Shown piece by piece: positions 36,095-46,712 of a stretch of DNA of 64,000 bases (within the stretch, counting starts at the first letter, position 1; every line of letters begins with the position of its first letter). Below the pieces are notes generated by a model. That model was not told the origin of the DNA and did not search any database. It saw only the letters and a program-made list of their open reading frames with translations. Where the stretch lies: assembly GCA_013115145.1 (NCBI GenBank), contig JAAPAO010000018.1:62001-126000 (forward strand), in the 5' to 3' direction. Source of the stretch: Perkinsus chesapeaki ATCC PRA-425. Its lineage: Eukaryota > Protista > Perkinsozoa. Position numbers and translations under genes: made by a program.

Positions 36095-39000
36095 TGGCTT
36101 CCGTTGGTAGTGAAGGCCATAATATTATTTCTTTTGGTTGTAAAATTCGTGATAAAGATGTGGATTTGGTTATTGATACTGGTTCTCCTTATAATTTGAT
36201 ATCTACATCGTTCTATGCTTCTTTGGGCTGTGCTTTTCCGATAAATTATGACACTTCTATGCTTCCGTCTTTACATTCAGCAAGTGGTCATGGTATTACT
36301 GTGGTTGGCTCTGTTATTTTACCTATTACTATCCCGACAAATTTATATTCTGGTTTTATTAGAGAAACTTTTTTGGTAGTTGATAATTTGGTGTCTATCC
36401 CTATTTTGGTTGGTCGTCGGTTCTTGAAAGATGCTCGTGCTACAATTGATTTCGGGCAAAATGTTCCTGTTCTTTCTATCCCTGGATTATCTGGTATAAA
36501 ATTACATAAGGCTACCTCTTTGGAATATGGTACTTTACTTACTTCTTCGGTTATTGATTCTCCTCTAGAGACTCCGACAACATCTACATCTACTCCTATT
36601 AATGATATTGATTCGACTAATTCACCGAATTTACCGCCAACAGCAGCGACTTTACCCCCAGATCTTCGAGTACTACGAGTCGTGAAAGACGAAGGATGGA
36701 TTTCCCTATTTCTGACAGAGAATGTGGTTACTAAGGAAGTTCGTTTTACAGCTGAGATTTTACCTGGTGTGGTACCTCCTATTAGCAGTGCTAACTTTTC
36801 TCGCTTCTCTGCTCTACATAAAAATATGGAAACGGCAACCAAACCCGAATGGCAAGCTAGTGATATTATTTGGAATGACTGGATATCTAGTGGTAAAGTG
36901 CGACCTCTTACAGAAGCAGAACATTCTTCAGTGGTTTCGGTACAAAACTTTTATGTCGTCCGTGGTAAAAGGTATAGAGTGGTATTAACAGCTATTTACC
37001 CTAATCGGTTTCTTCAGCGAGATTTGGCTCTTCCTCAAGAGAAGATTGATGAAGTTTTGACTGGTATGAGAGCATACCAATCTCATTGTATTTTAGATTT
37101 GAAGGATGCGTTCCTGGGAATTTCCCTAGGAACTGTGCTAAGTGATGTTACTACTGTTAACGTTGTATATAGTGATGGACATGCAATCCTCTGTAAATTT
37201 CTGTTTCTTCCTTATGGATTAGCGTTATCGCCATGGTGTCTGGAAATGAGTGTCAGGGATTCCCTCTCATATTTCCGCTCCACTGTGATACACTCTTCCA
37301 GGATTTTCCTTACATCTTATATGGATGATATAGTCCTTTGCTGCTCACGGTCTGCGTATTCTTTTATGTTGCACCTTCGTGATCTCTTAATAAAGAGAGG
37401 TTTTGAGGTGCCGAAAAAGATCAGCGATGGAAAGCTGTCTTGCTCGACATGAAGAGTAAATCTGCATCACACTTTACTTTTAATGATGTTTCTCGATTAG
37501 TAGGAGTCATTCCTAAGTTTCCTGTCTATACTGCATGGCTGCGTACTTTTGCTAATAAAGTACAATCTATTTGTTCTTCCTCGATGCCATCTACTGATAA
37601 GTCTTCTCGCCTAAGCTCTCTCGATCCTCATTTAACTGCTCTTGTTACTCGCTTTATTGATTTTGCCGTTACTTGTAAACCATTACAATTCCCTTTATAT
37701 GTATCATCTTCCGATCCGATTAGTATTTATACCGATGCTAGCAAGTATTGTATGGGCTATATTATTACACAATTTGATAAAGTTGTTGCTTCTGAGAATT
37801 ATTTATTCCCATCGAGGCACATACCTCTTAATATTTCCTTCAAGGAAATGATGTGTATTCGTTTTGCCTTATCTGCTATTTCTAAATTACAATGTATTAC
37901 TCGTAAGACATATTCTGTAAATCTGTTTAGCGATTCCGCCCTCCGTGTATCTATTATCAAAAATGGCCGTATTCATGGGATCTCCCAGGCCAATCGTAAT
38001 CATAGTGAACTAATTCGTAGAGAATTTAGTATTATTCAAGAGCTGTTATGTAATATTCAGCCTTTTCATATTTTCCATGTAAAAGGTGAATTTAATCCAG
38101 CAGATGCGCTCACTAGGTGTGATTTCTTATCATATCTGGTAAGTAATTTCTATGGTGATGTACTGGATGAGACTAATGAAGCTAAAAGCCCAAGAGCTAT
38201 AAATTCTACTACTTCGACTTCCGATACTGCATCGTCTGCGACAACTTCAAGTCCGGTTCTATTTATTGATGGTCTCCCACCTAATTTTGGTACCCCCATT
38301 AACTTCAACGATATTTTGAATGCACAAAAGGCTGATTCTAGTCTTCCTGCTCTTGATGGTTGCAACTTCACGCTGATTAATGGTCTGGTTTATAAGAAGA
38401 ATAATAAAGGGCAACCATCTATCTATATTCCGTTGTCTCTAAGACCGAAGGTGTTAGCTTTATTCCATGATACTCTCTGTGGAGTACATGCCAATTCTCA
38501 GCGAATGATGGATTCATTGAGAAAACTATATTATTGGAAAGGCATGCAAGAGGATGTTAATTATTGGGTTAACAGTTGCGCTGTATGTCAACAATATCGC
38601 AGGTCTACGCCTAATACTGCCAAGTTATACAGCTTACAAGCCCATTATCCCCTTGAGGTTATTAGTATGGATTATCTTTATGTTGATGGTCGATGGTTAT
38701 TAACGGTTCAAGATATTTTTTCGAAGTTTCTTACTTCATTTGTTCTACCAGTAGGACAGTCTCCATCAGCTTCAACGACTATTACCTCATTGTTAGACTA
38801 TTTTTCTGCTTATGGTGTACCAAAAAGGGTATACTGTGATAATGGTTCCCATTTCAAGAATCATAAAGTGGTAGACTTCTTATCAAGGTTCAATTGTACG
38901 ATGTTTCATAGTCCACCATATCATCCTGCATCTCATGGTGGTATTGAGAAGGCTAACTCAACTATTCTTGGGCTTATTAGAAAGTCTGGTGTGGGTCAAG

Positions 39001-39962
39001 ACTGGTCAGCTTATCTGCCTCTTCTCGTATTGTCTTATAATTGCCAGAAGAATGATACCACAGGTTTTCCTCCTTATACTTTGTTTTTTGGTAGAGAAGC
39101 ACCGTCGCCCCTATCCTTACCATCAACTGGTCCAACTACTGCAACTTCTTCGTACAACGAATACTATGATGCTATCAGTGATGGTATACGATCTACTTCG
39201 GCGACAGCTTCACAACATACGCTTCAAGCTGTATCCAGGAGACAGGCTTATCGTAAGGTTAATGATGTTAATATTCCCACTAATGGATATGTTTGGTATT
39301 ATAATCCGGTGAGATCAAGTAAACCATCCCCTAAGTGGTTGGGTCCTTTTCGGTGTACTGGTGTATCAATTCAGTCCCCTAGCTTGGTTACTCTGATCGA
39401 CTCTAATGGTAAATCGTTTGTTGTTCATCGCAACCAAATTAGGCCTGTTACTACTACTCTACGATTACCACCTGTGACTACTAGTTCTACGACTTCGGCA
39501 TCCACCACACCTGCGTCAGATTTGGCTCCTGCATCATACCAAGCTTCACGTACGCGTGTTGATTTTCACACGCCGTGCACACACTTTACTGAAGAGGTAG
39601 ATGATGATGTTGCACCCGGACCACTTCTTGGTCACCAGAATGAAGGTGAAGCTATAATTCCTCCTGCTCCGGTGACTCCAGCTTATGCAGATAATGATGA
39701 TATACCCCCTGCTCCGGTGACCCCAGCTGATGAAGGTGATTTAGCTCATGCTGGCATTGATGCTGCTGACTATCATAATGCGTTGTCGGATAACTCGGAT
39801 GCTATTTCTGCTCATGAAAATGTTTCCCATCATACTAGCACTGATGATGATGATGACAATGATGATAACCAAAGTGTTATTTCGGAGCATTCTGTTGATA
39901 GTGATATACGATTCTCTCGTGTGTCTGGTCGTCGTATTCGAATTCCAGCCCGTTATTGTTAG
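36007..39962 (+). CDS. pol: Retrotransposon Pol (PR, RT, RNase H, integrase), entered by a -1 frameshift and broken by a second frameshift near 37410-37452
   Basis: Protease LVIDTGS; RT LDLKDAF, LPYGLALSP, YMDD; RNase H YTDAS...HVKGEFNPADALTR; integrase HHCC finger, D-D(35)-E (SMDYL, CDNG, GIEK) and GPF motif. Confidence 0.92.
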
Positions 39963-40004
39963 TACTTGTTTTCACTCTTTTCCTCAATCGTTGAAGGGGA
40001 AGTC

Positions 40005-40157
40005 TGTAACACAATTGTAACACAATATTGTTGATTACTGTCCCTAGTATCATTAAGCTAAGCTATGGCTAAGTCCTTATTTATATACTAGCATTATTAT
40101 ACTCAAATATATATTATCCAATATTATAGGATATTGAGTTGTTCCGTTTGGGTAACA
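40005..40157 (+). repeat. 3' LTR, preceded by polypurine tract GAAGGGGAAG (39993-40002)
   Basis: Direct repeat of 34633-34785. Confidence 0.97.
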
Positions 40158-40639
40158 CGTAGTAGCTGCGCACGCACGCGCTGACCAGTGCGCTCGCCTC
40201 GATCTCGACATATCATGGCGCTCAGTGAGCACCATTCACAGTAGTATATTATTAGTCTGCTACTGCAATCGAGCATGTCATCAGCTCTTTACCAATCAAG
40301 AATAGCTTTCCAACTTGGAGGGACTTTGAGGAGGGGGCACCCGGGAGGAAGGACTCCGGGCGCGCGCAAAACCACGAATTACTGACCATCGTCACGCGCC
40401 ACGAAACTCCATTAACGCGTCGTACTTCAACCGTTCCCTTATTGGCTCAGTCTTATATCTCTTCTAAGAGGTACTCACGTATTTCAACTATCGAATTTAG
40501 ATACAATGCCCTCTGTAAGGGGGCCTTATGGGGCGAGTCTTCAAACTAGTCTCTCCATCTCAACCGTTCCCTTACCCTGGAGGGATTAGAGTATAGTTTT
40601 AGTTTTTGGTGTCTTTGTTTTCACCGTACTTTAATAACT

Positions 40640-41287
40640 ATGGGCAATCTCTGCTGCTGTTTCGATGGCCCCACTACGGGTACCACCGTCCCCCCTGCGG
40701 CCACGACTACCGTGACTCGCAGCACCTATGCAGCTCCAGCTGCCCCACAGAACTACAACTACGCACAAGAGGAAGTGAAGCCATATGTCCCTCAGCAACA
40801 ACAACAACAACAGCCTCATCAAATAGTCCTACCTGACGGTCGTGTGGCTATCCTCGGCACTGATGGTCAGTACTACCCCGTTGCCCAAAACCAACAGAAT
40901 ATGCCTCAGCAACAGCCTGTTGCCCAGAACCAGCAGTACGTACCCCAACAGCAGCAACAGCCTGTTGCCCAGAACCAGCAGTACGTGCCCCAGCAGCAAC
41001 CTATGATGGCAGGCCAGCCACCTATGCCGCAAAATCACGTGGTAGAGACGCATACCACTACTATTATTGATCACTCGGCCGCCCCTGCTGCTGCCCCGCA
41101 GCCCGACATGGGCCTTGGCACTGCTATGCTAGCTGGTACTGCTGGATTCCTCGGAGGTATGATGATGGGCAGCGCCATGGAGCAGCCTTCCAGTACCGTG
41201 ATCGTTGAGCAGAGCCCATTGGTAATCGAGGACAGCCCTACCGTAATTGAGGAGACTATTGTCATCGACGACGATGACGATTGGTGA
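40640..41287 (+). CDS. Gln/Pro-rich protein, 215 aa, with predicted N-myristoylation plus palmitoylation
   Basis: MGNLCCCF start; QPVAQNQQYVPQQ repeats; Gly-zipper-like LGTAMLAGTAGFLGGMMMG; acidic end. Confidence 0.75.
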   Translation: MGNLCCCFDGPTTGTTVPPAATTTVTRSTYAAPAAPQNYNYAQEEVKPYVPQQQQQQQPHQIVLPDGRVAILGTDGQYYPVAQNQQNMPQQQPVAQNQQYVPQQQQQPVAQNQQYVPQQQPMMAGQPPMPQNHVVETHTTTIIDHSAAPAAAPQPDMGLGTAMLAGTAGFLGGMMMGSAMEQPSSTVIVEQSPLVIEDSPTVIEETIVIDDDDDW

Positions 41288-41700
41288 TTGCCTACCCTAT
41301 AGGAGTGTTCGGGGCCTCTGGCAAGCTAAGGATGGCTCGGCAGCAGCAGCCTCGACAACTCCCTCGCTGGTTGATATTGTTTTCCCCTGTTGTTGGCCGT
41401 TACTAACCGCCGTGTTGGTTATTCATGGCTACGATTTATTTTCATCGTTTACAATACACCGAGCTGTTTCGGAGAGTAAATGTAACTTTCACTGGACTGG
41501 TAGTAGTAATTCTCGTTTGCCTCCACCACTGTGTCTTCCCGTAGGAGCAGTGTGTCCGATGAGACGACAAGGTGATTCAGTAGTAACAACCTGGTAGTTG
41601 AATACGATTAGATTTATTACTGGTTCCCTCTATGCGGACTTGCGTTCTAGTGGGCATATCCGAATCGACATGGCAGTTCCTACCGGGTTTATCGGCTACC

Positions 41701-42591
41701 ATGAGAGCTCTTACTGAAGATGAGACCCGCCAAGTGTTTGAGAAGCTGAAAAAGTTCCTCGGTTCTAACCTCCAGCTCTTGGTTGATCGGGCCGATGGCG
41801 AGAACTATGTATTCAGGCTGCATAAGGATAGGTAGCATTAATCTTTGTAGCGTGGGGTGATGATGACGCCGGCTGCGGTAGGGTATTCTACATGTCGGAG
41901 AATCTTCTACGTAAGGCTCAGCACATTCCCAGGAAATGTCTGCTGTCGGCTGGTGTGTGCTTTGGGAAGTTTACACATTCCAGGAAGTTCAGGCTGCACA
42001 TCACTTGTCTAGATTACCTTGCCAAGCTGGCCACGGTAGTAGTGGTAGGGGGAGGAGAAGGAGAAGGTTGTTATGGTTTGGTTTTTAGCATAAGATTTGG
42101 GTCAAGCCTACAGGCGAGCAGAGTTACGTTTATGGCAACCATGTGGTTAAGGTAATATTCATTACTTATCGATTTACTTGATTTATGGAACTGGGAGGGA
42201 ATAAATTATAGAAATGCAAGACAATAGGTTATTAATGTGTAAAATAGTGCTTTGTACCAGTAATACTGGGCCCTGCCTGCGCTAGTGCTACCGAGTTGGC
42301 TTTAAGAGCGTCTTTGCCGCCATCGTTATTGCCCATTGATGCATGCCAGGCTCACTTGCGTCGGGTAACCGAGGACACCCCTGCCAACACTGGTGTGGTA
42401 ATCCTTAATGAGCAAGATGTTCCCCTGGGCTTTGGTGTTACCGCTAAGAGCGTTGGAGAGTGCCGTACTGCCGGACCGGAACAGATCGTTGTGTAGTGCA
42501 TTTAGGGGGAGGGGGATGTGATGTGGCGGAAATCAGGTATCATCAATCCGATATCGGAGAGTATCTTCGCGAAGAAGCCAACCTCGTATAG
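41701..42591 (+). CDS. NIP7: 60S ribosome subunit biogenesis protein NIP7, 5 exons
   Basis: [16 protein letters not shown]...[14 protein letters not shown]...[24 protein letters not shown]/...[31 protein letters not shown]...[11 protein letters not shown]/...[12 protein letters not shown]. Confidence 0.95.
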
Positions 42592-42702
42592 TTACACTGG
42601 ATACTCCTACCAACGTCGTTTCTCTTCCACATTGATAAGTGTTGTAGTTGTGTTACATGGTTTGGGTGGTATTCACTGAGCTAGGAGGTTTATTGCTCAT
42701 CG

Positions 42703-44389
42703 ATGGGTGTCGAGACAAGCCCGTTCCTGTCGCCACAGGAGCTGCCGGCCTACGAGTCAGCAGCCATGAAGAATCTGGTGAGCCACTCCTTGTCCGCTTT
42801 GCTTCACGGTACCCCTCAGACGACCCTAGAAGGCCACGATTACTCTACACCACTCAGCACAGTTTTCAACATCGTCAATACAATGGTCGGCCTCGGTAGT
42901 CCTCCCGTCCTCTCGAGTCCACCAGTATTTGCTATTTAGGTATGTTCGCTCTACCATTTGTCTTCAGTGTTGTGGGGTACTTCACTGGCACTATAATTTT
43001 CATAGGCTCTGTCTTGGCATCCTATCTCTCGGCGTAGGTCGTCCACCACCTCTTCCCTCCGTTCTCTCAATTTGCCATAGGTACGTCTTGACGATGATAC
43101 TGTCAGGGTACTTGGATGAATACAGCTACTATGCATTAGCGACTCGACTCTTCAAAGGCCATACCATGTCCGTGGCTATCGATGTCGTTCTTGCGGTAGT
43201 GCTCTTTGGTGTAAGTAACTGGTGGGGCGGCACATCTCGATTTCCCGCCTCGGCTTGAAAATGTCCTCCCTCAACAGGCGCAGTAGCAACAACAAGAATT
43301 TCGGCGGAGTTTCACGGAGATCTCATTTCGTCACCGAGCGTCCTGAAATACCAACTCTGCTCGCCAAACCCTTCCTTGATGTGTTTTAGGTTATTAGCAT
43401 GACCTTCGTTGTATCATTTGATTCGATACACTATTACTTTCCGGCCATCCCACGGTGGATGCTGGGAGGCATGGCGGCCATGGCTGGTTGGGCGGCATCC
43501 CTGCCGAGGTCCCTTCACGGTGTAAGGTTCGCCTCCTACACCGGGGTAGGGCTTATGTTGCTTATATGGTTCTCTGTGGTCTTTACGGCCATCGTCTCAC
43601 CACATACCATCGATACCGTGGATGAGGAATTGATCCCGGCACCGCTGGACACCACGAGGTCGTGGGTTCCATTCTCCCAGGTACCATTTTTAATATATTG
43701 ATACACATGTAATTCTGTAACTTCAGGCGGCTTCAGCGGGTATCTTCTCATTTATAATGCACATAAACCTTCCGTGCCTCCACGGTGAGCTAAAGCCGGT
43801 GGATCGTCCTAAGATGCCCATCCTATTGGCGATAGCTTTGGCGTGGGCATTCGCTATGTACATCATTTTTGCCGTCTGTGCTTCGTCCAGTCCACTCTTT
43901 CTGTATGGGCGGGCGCCAGACCTCTTGACGACTATGCCACGCACCCCTTTGTTTGATGCTTGCCGAGTCCTCATGGCATTTGTTAACATCACCAAGACGC
44001 CACTGCTGTTGCACCCATTGAGACAGATTGTTGACACGAGACTTAATGTGCCCCAACAGTTGAACTGGTTCGCTACATCTGCCATCATAATAATCTCCTA
44101 CTGTCTATTCTTATGGTTCAACTCCCTTGTCGAGGCTGTGTCTATCATTTCTGCTATTTGCTCAATTTTGACAGTCCAATGGTTCCCGGCAATGTGCCTG
44201 TGGGCGTCGGCCGCCATAGACAGCAAACGGCGAAGTGGAGGAGATCGTCTCCTTCCTCGCATTTCTGACTATCATTCATGTCTTTGGTCAATTAGAACGC
44301 GTCGTATCGTAGCGGTTATATTGGGGCTGCTCGGTGTGGTGGTGTTAGGTTTGAGTGGCCCATCAATTCTATATCTCATAACGAAGTGA
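42703..44389 (+). CDS. Amino-acid transporter (Aa_trans/SLC38-like), multi-exon
   Basis: STVFNIVNTMVGLG motif, SLPRSLHGVRFAS and many hydrophobic TM segments up to the stop at 44389. Confidence 0.85.
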
Positions 44390-44502
44390 CTTTTTACAGA
44401 GTACAGTGAACATTGCTTATATTGTGAAGCATTTCTATTCGCCATTGACTTGCGTTCATCAGTTCCCAAAAACGCGAAAGACGAAAGGCAGAGAAACGTG
44501 AA

Positions 44503-46608
44503 TCATTTCCGAGCCCGCAGCTTATCAATACGATTGGTAAAGGCGCCGTCATCCTGAGTAGGCCAGTCTTCGTAGACGGTGAACTTCAGCTGCTGTAGCT
44601 TGTCGGAGCTCTCGCTACCCTTGCCTATGGTGGGGAAGGTGTGGACGATAATGTAGACATAGGGCGCACTGCTGCGACATAGGATAACCTTTTCGAGAGT
44701 GTAGGGCAAGGAAGCTGCATCTAAGGCTTGATGGAACCATGAGACGGGCTCTAGGAGGTAGGCAGAGTGGCGGCCTACTAGATGGTAACCGACACAATAG
44801 AGACGATTCGGTGCCAAGACTTGACTAAGCTCGAACTGCAGGGCTTCGGACCAACAATGGTCATAGAGCATCACGTAGACATCGCAGTCGGTGGGGAGCT
44901 CAGCGATAGGTGATATCTTTGTAGAGAGCTTATGCTTGGAGAGGAGCGCGGTCTCGATAGGGTCATCTGTTCTAACGAAAAGCTTCCAGTCTGGAAAGAC
45001 CTCTATCAGCCTGCTAGACCAGCATAGGGAAGGTCCCTCCTGGACCAGGGCCTTAGCTGTTGATGAGAGGCCCAGGCTTAGGGCGCAGGCTCGAAGATAT
45101 TTGGCGACTTGAATGTCTACACGCTCTTGACGTTTGGTGTGCTCGATAACCGACAGGTCTATGGGAGAGAGCCCAACGCTCCGGTAGTCAGAGAAGTCGA
45201 GCGTCTCCTCGTTGATGGACTCGTCGAACGAGACAACGATGAAGTACACAGCCGAGCTCGGTGAGTTGTAGTTGAAAGCTGCCAAAGACCTTCCACCGGC
45301 CTCTCTAGCATAGAAGGCAAACCGGAAAAGCTCCTCGTGCTTCCACCTTTCCCCCACGTTGCTGTAGCTGAAGTTCCATAACAGCAACCGAGGCTTCTCA
45401 GACAACTTTAGGATGGTCTTGAAGTCTTCTCGGAGGCCGCTTCTACGTCTACTGCGTAAATTAAGCATCCCCTCTTCACAGCACCATACTATACCGGGCA
45501 CTTCGACAACTTCACCTTCGTCAAGCCAGTGCCGAGGCCTCGGTATCGACTCCCAGAGCATGCCCAAGCCGGCAGTTGAGAAGACCTCCTGCGCCTCATG
45601 TCCCAAAGGCGTGTGGGGTGCTGTGATGTAGGCCGTCTCGATCCCTGCCTTGCTGCAGAGATCAAGAGCTCCGTCGGCCATCCACCGAGGGTACGCTAAT
45701 CCAGTATCTCGCTGCTTCTCGACATTCACATCAATCCGTTCCGTCCACAGAGCTTCACTGCCATCGAGAACCAGTGAAGGCAGCTCGCTTGGCGGTAAAT
45801 CGTCACCGCGCCACGTAATTGCAGACAGGAACATCATCGGGGAGCTCCGAGGGTTGTGGCGATACCGCAGGCAATCGAGCCATCGAAGGTGCAGCCCTGG
45901 TTTACCAGCCTCGACGATTGACTCGAGATAGTCCTTGACATTAAACCAGTGCTCCAAGGGGTAGGTCTCGCCAATGCCCCTCAACGAGAAGGATATGGCC
46001 AAGACGCACGGCGACGCCATGAACCCGCTCTCGAGCAAGAATTTGAGATCGTCCCTCTTCCTCCTGCCAGTCTTGTAGCCATCTCGACCAAAGCTGCCGT
46101 TATAGTCAAGATAAATGCAGCGGAGCAAATGACCATCGGGCAGCCGATGCTCGAGGCCACCGTTAGGGCGAAGGAGGTCGTGGGAGGTCCCGTGCACGGT
46201 GACCAAAGTTTGGTACTTCTGCTTCATGGAGGAGAGCGCCTGGTCGTCGGGATTCGGTATGACAATCGACGAGGGAGGCACACCAGCCCCGTCAATGAGA
46301 GCTTCGGTGGTTAGAAGATGATCCGTGTCAAGGACCAGGCATGTCCCATCAGATGCGGTAGACACCGACACAACGGATGCGATGTAACTGAACAATGGAA
46401 GTGATTCTACGGCGACAGGTGTGGCCACCGACCTGTTGATCCTTTTCTTCAAGTCCTTCTCTGGCTCGTATGGCAGGCCTGTTGCCTTTAAGCGCGCAAG
46501 GTCGGATGGCATCACACTAGGGATGACCTCTGCCTTAGAGTTGTGGACTATCTCGAACACGACATTAAAGAGTATAGTCAATTGTAGTTTACGAAAGAGT
46601 GACAGCAT
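44503..46608 (-). CDS. Intronless 701-aa hypothetical protein, possibly made of repeated divergent Rossmann/methyltransferase-like modules
   Basis: Long intact ORF. First module CLVLDTDHLLTTEAL...IVIPNPD...CIYLDYNG...LAISFSLRG; two later segments show a similar alpha/beta pattern. Confidence 0.7.
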   Translation of the reverse strand: MLSLFRKLQLTILFNVVFEIVHNSKAEVIPSVMPSDLARLKATGLPYEPEKDLKKRINRSVATPVAVESLPLFSYIASVVSVSTASDGTCLVLDTDHLLTTEALIDGAGVPPSSIVIPNPDDQALSSMKQKYQTLVTVHGTSHDLLRPNGGLEHRLPDGHLLRCIYLDYNGSFGRDGYKTGRRKRDDLKFLLESGFMASPCVLAISFSLRGIGETYPLEHWFNVKDYLESIVEAGKPGLHLRWLDCLRYRHNPRSSPMMFLSAITWRGDDLPPSELPSLVLDGSEALWTERIDVNVEKQRDTGLAYPRWMADGALDLCSKAGIETAYITAPHTPLGHEAQEVFSTAGLGMLWESIPRPRHWLDEGEVVEVPGIVWCCEEGMLNLRSRRRSGLREDFKTILKLSEKPRLLLWNFSYSNVGERWKHEELFRFAFYAREAGGRSLAAFNYNSPSSAVYFIVVSFDESINEETLDFSDYRSVGLSPIDLSVIEHTKRQERVDIQVAKYLRACALSLGLSSTAKALVQEGPSLCWSSRLIEVFPDWKLFVRTDDPIETALLSKHKLSTKISPIAELPTDCDVYVMLYDHCWSEALQFELSQVLAPNRLYCVGYHLVGRHSAYLLEPVSWFHQALDAASLPYTLEKVILCRSSAPYVYIIVHTFPTIGKGSESSDKLQQLKFTVYEDWPTQDDGAFTNRIDKLRARK

Positions 46609-46712
46609 GCTTTGTGAAACTTGGCTACATTATCTACCACAAGCCGTTCTTGCGCGCCTCGTAATTCTCCTTCCGCTTGACGCATCCATCTTATCTCCAT
46701 CGGCAGGGTCTT

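Larger units (their letters stand above)
34633..40157 (+). mobile_element. Full-length Ty3/gypsy LTR retrotransposon, 5525 bp
   Basis: 153-bp LTRs at 34633-34785 and 40005-40157 (TGT...ACA, one mismatch). 4-bp TSD CGTA at 34629-34632 and 40158-40161. PBS and PPT present. Domain order gag-PR-RT-RH-INT. Confidence 0.98.

Noticed and set aside
36094-36096. GTG start codon for Pol overlapping the gag stop
   Set aside because: The same frame is open back to a canonical slippery site at 36007, so frameshifting explains Pol better.
41420-41435. Spliced-leader (CCGTAGCCAT...) relic
   Set aside because: Only 9 nt (CGTAGCCAT, minus strand) match; the rest of the leader is absent.
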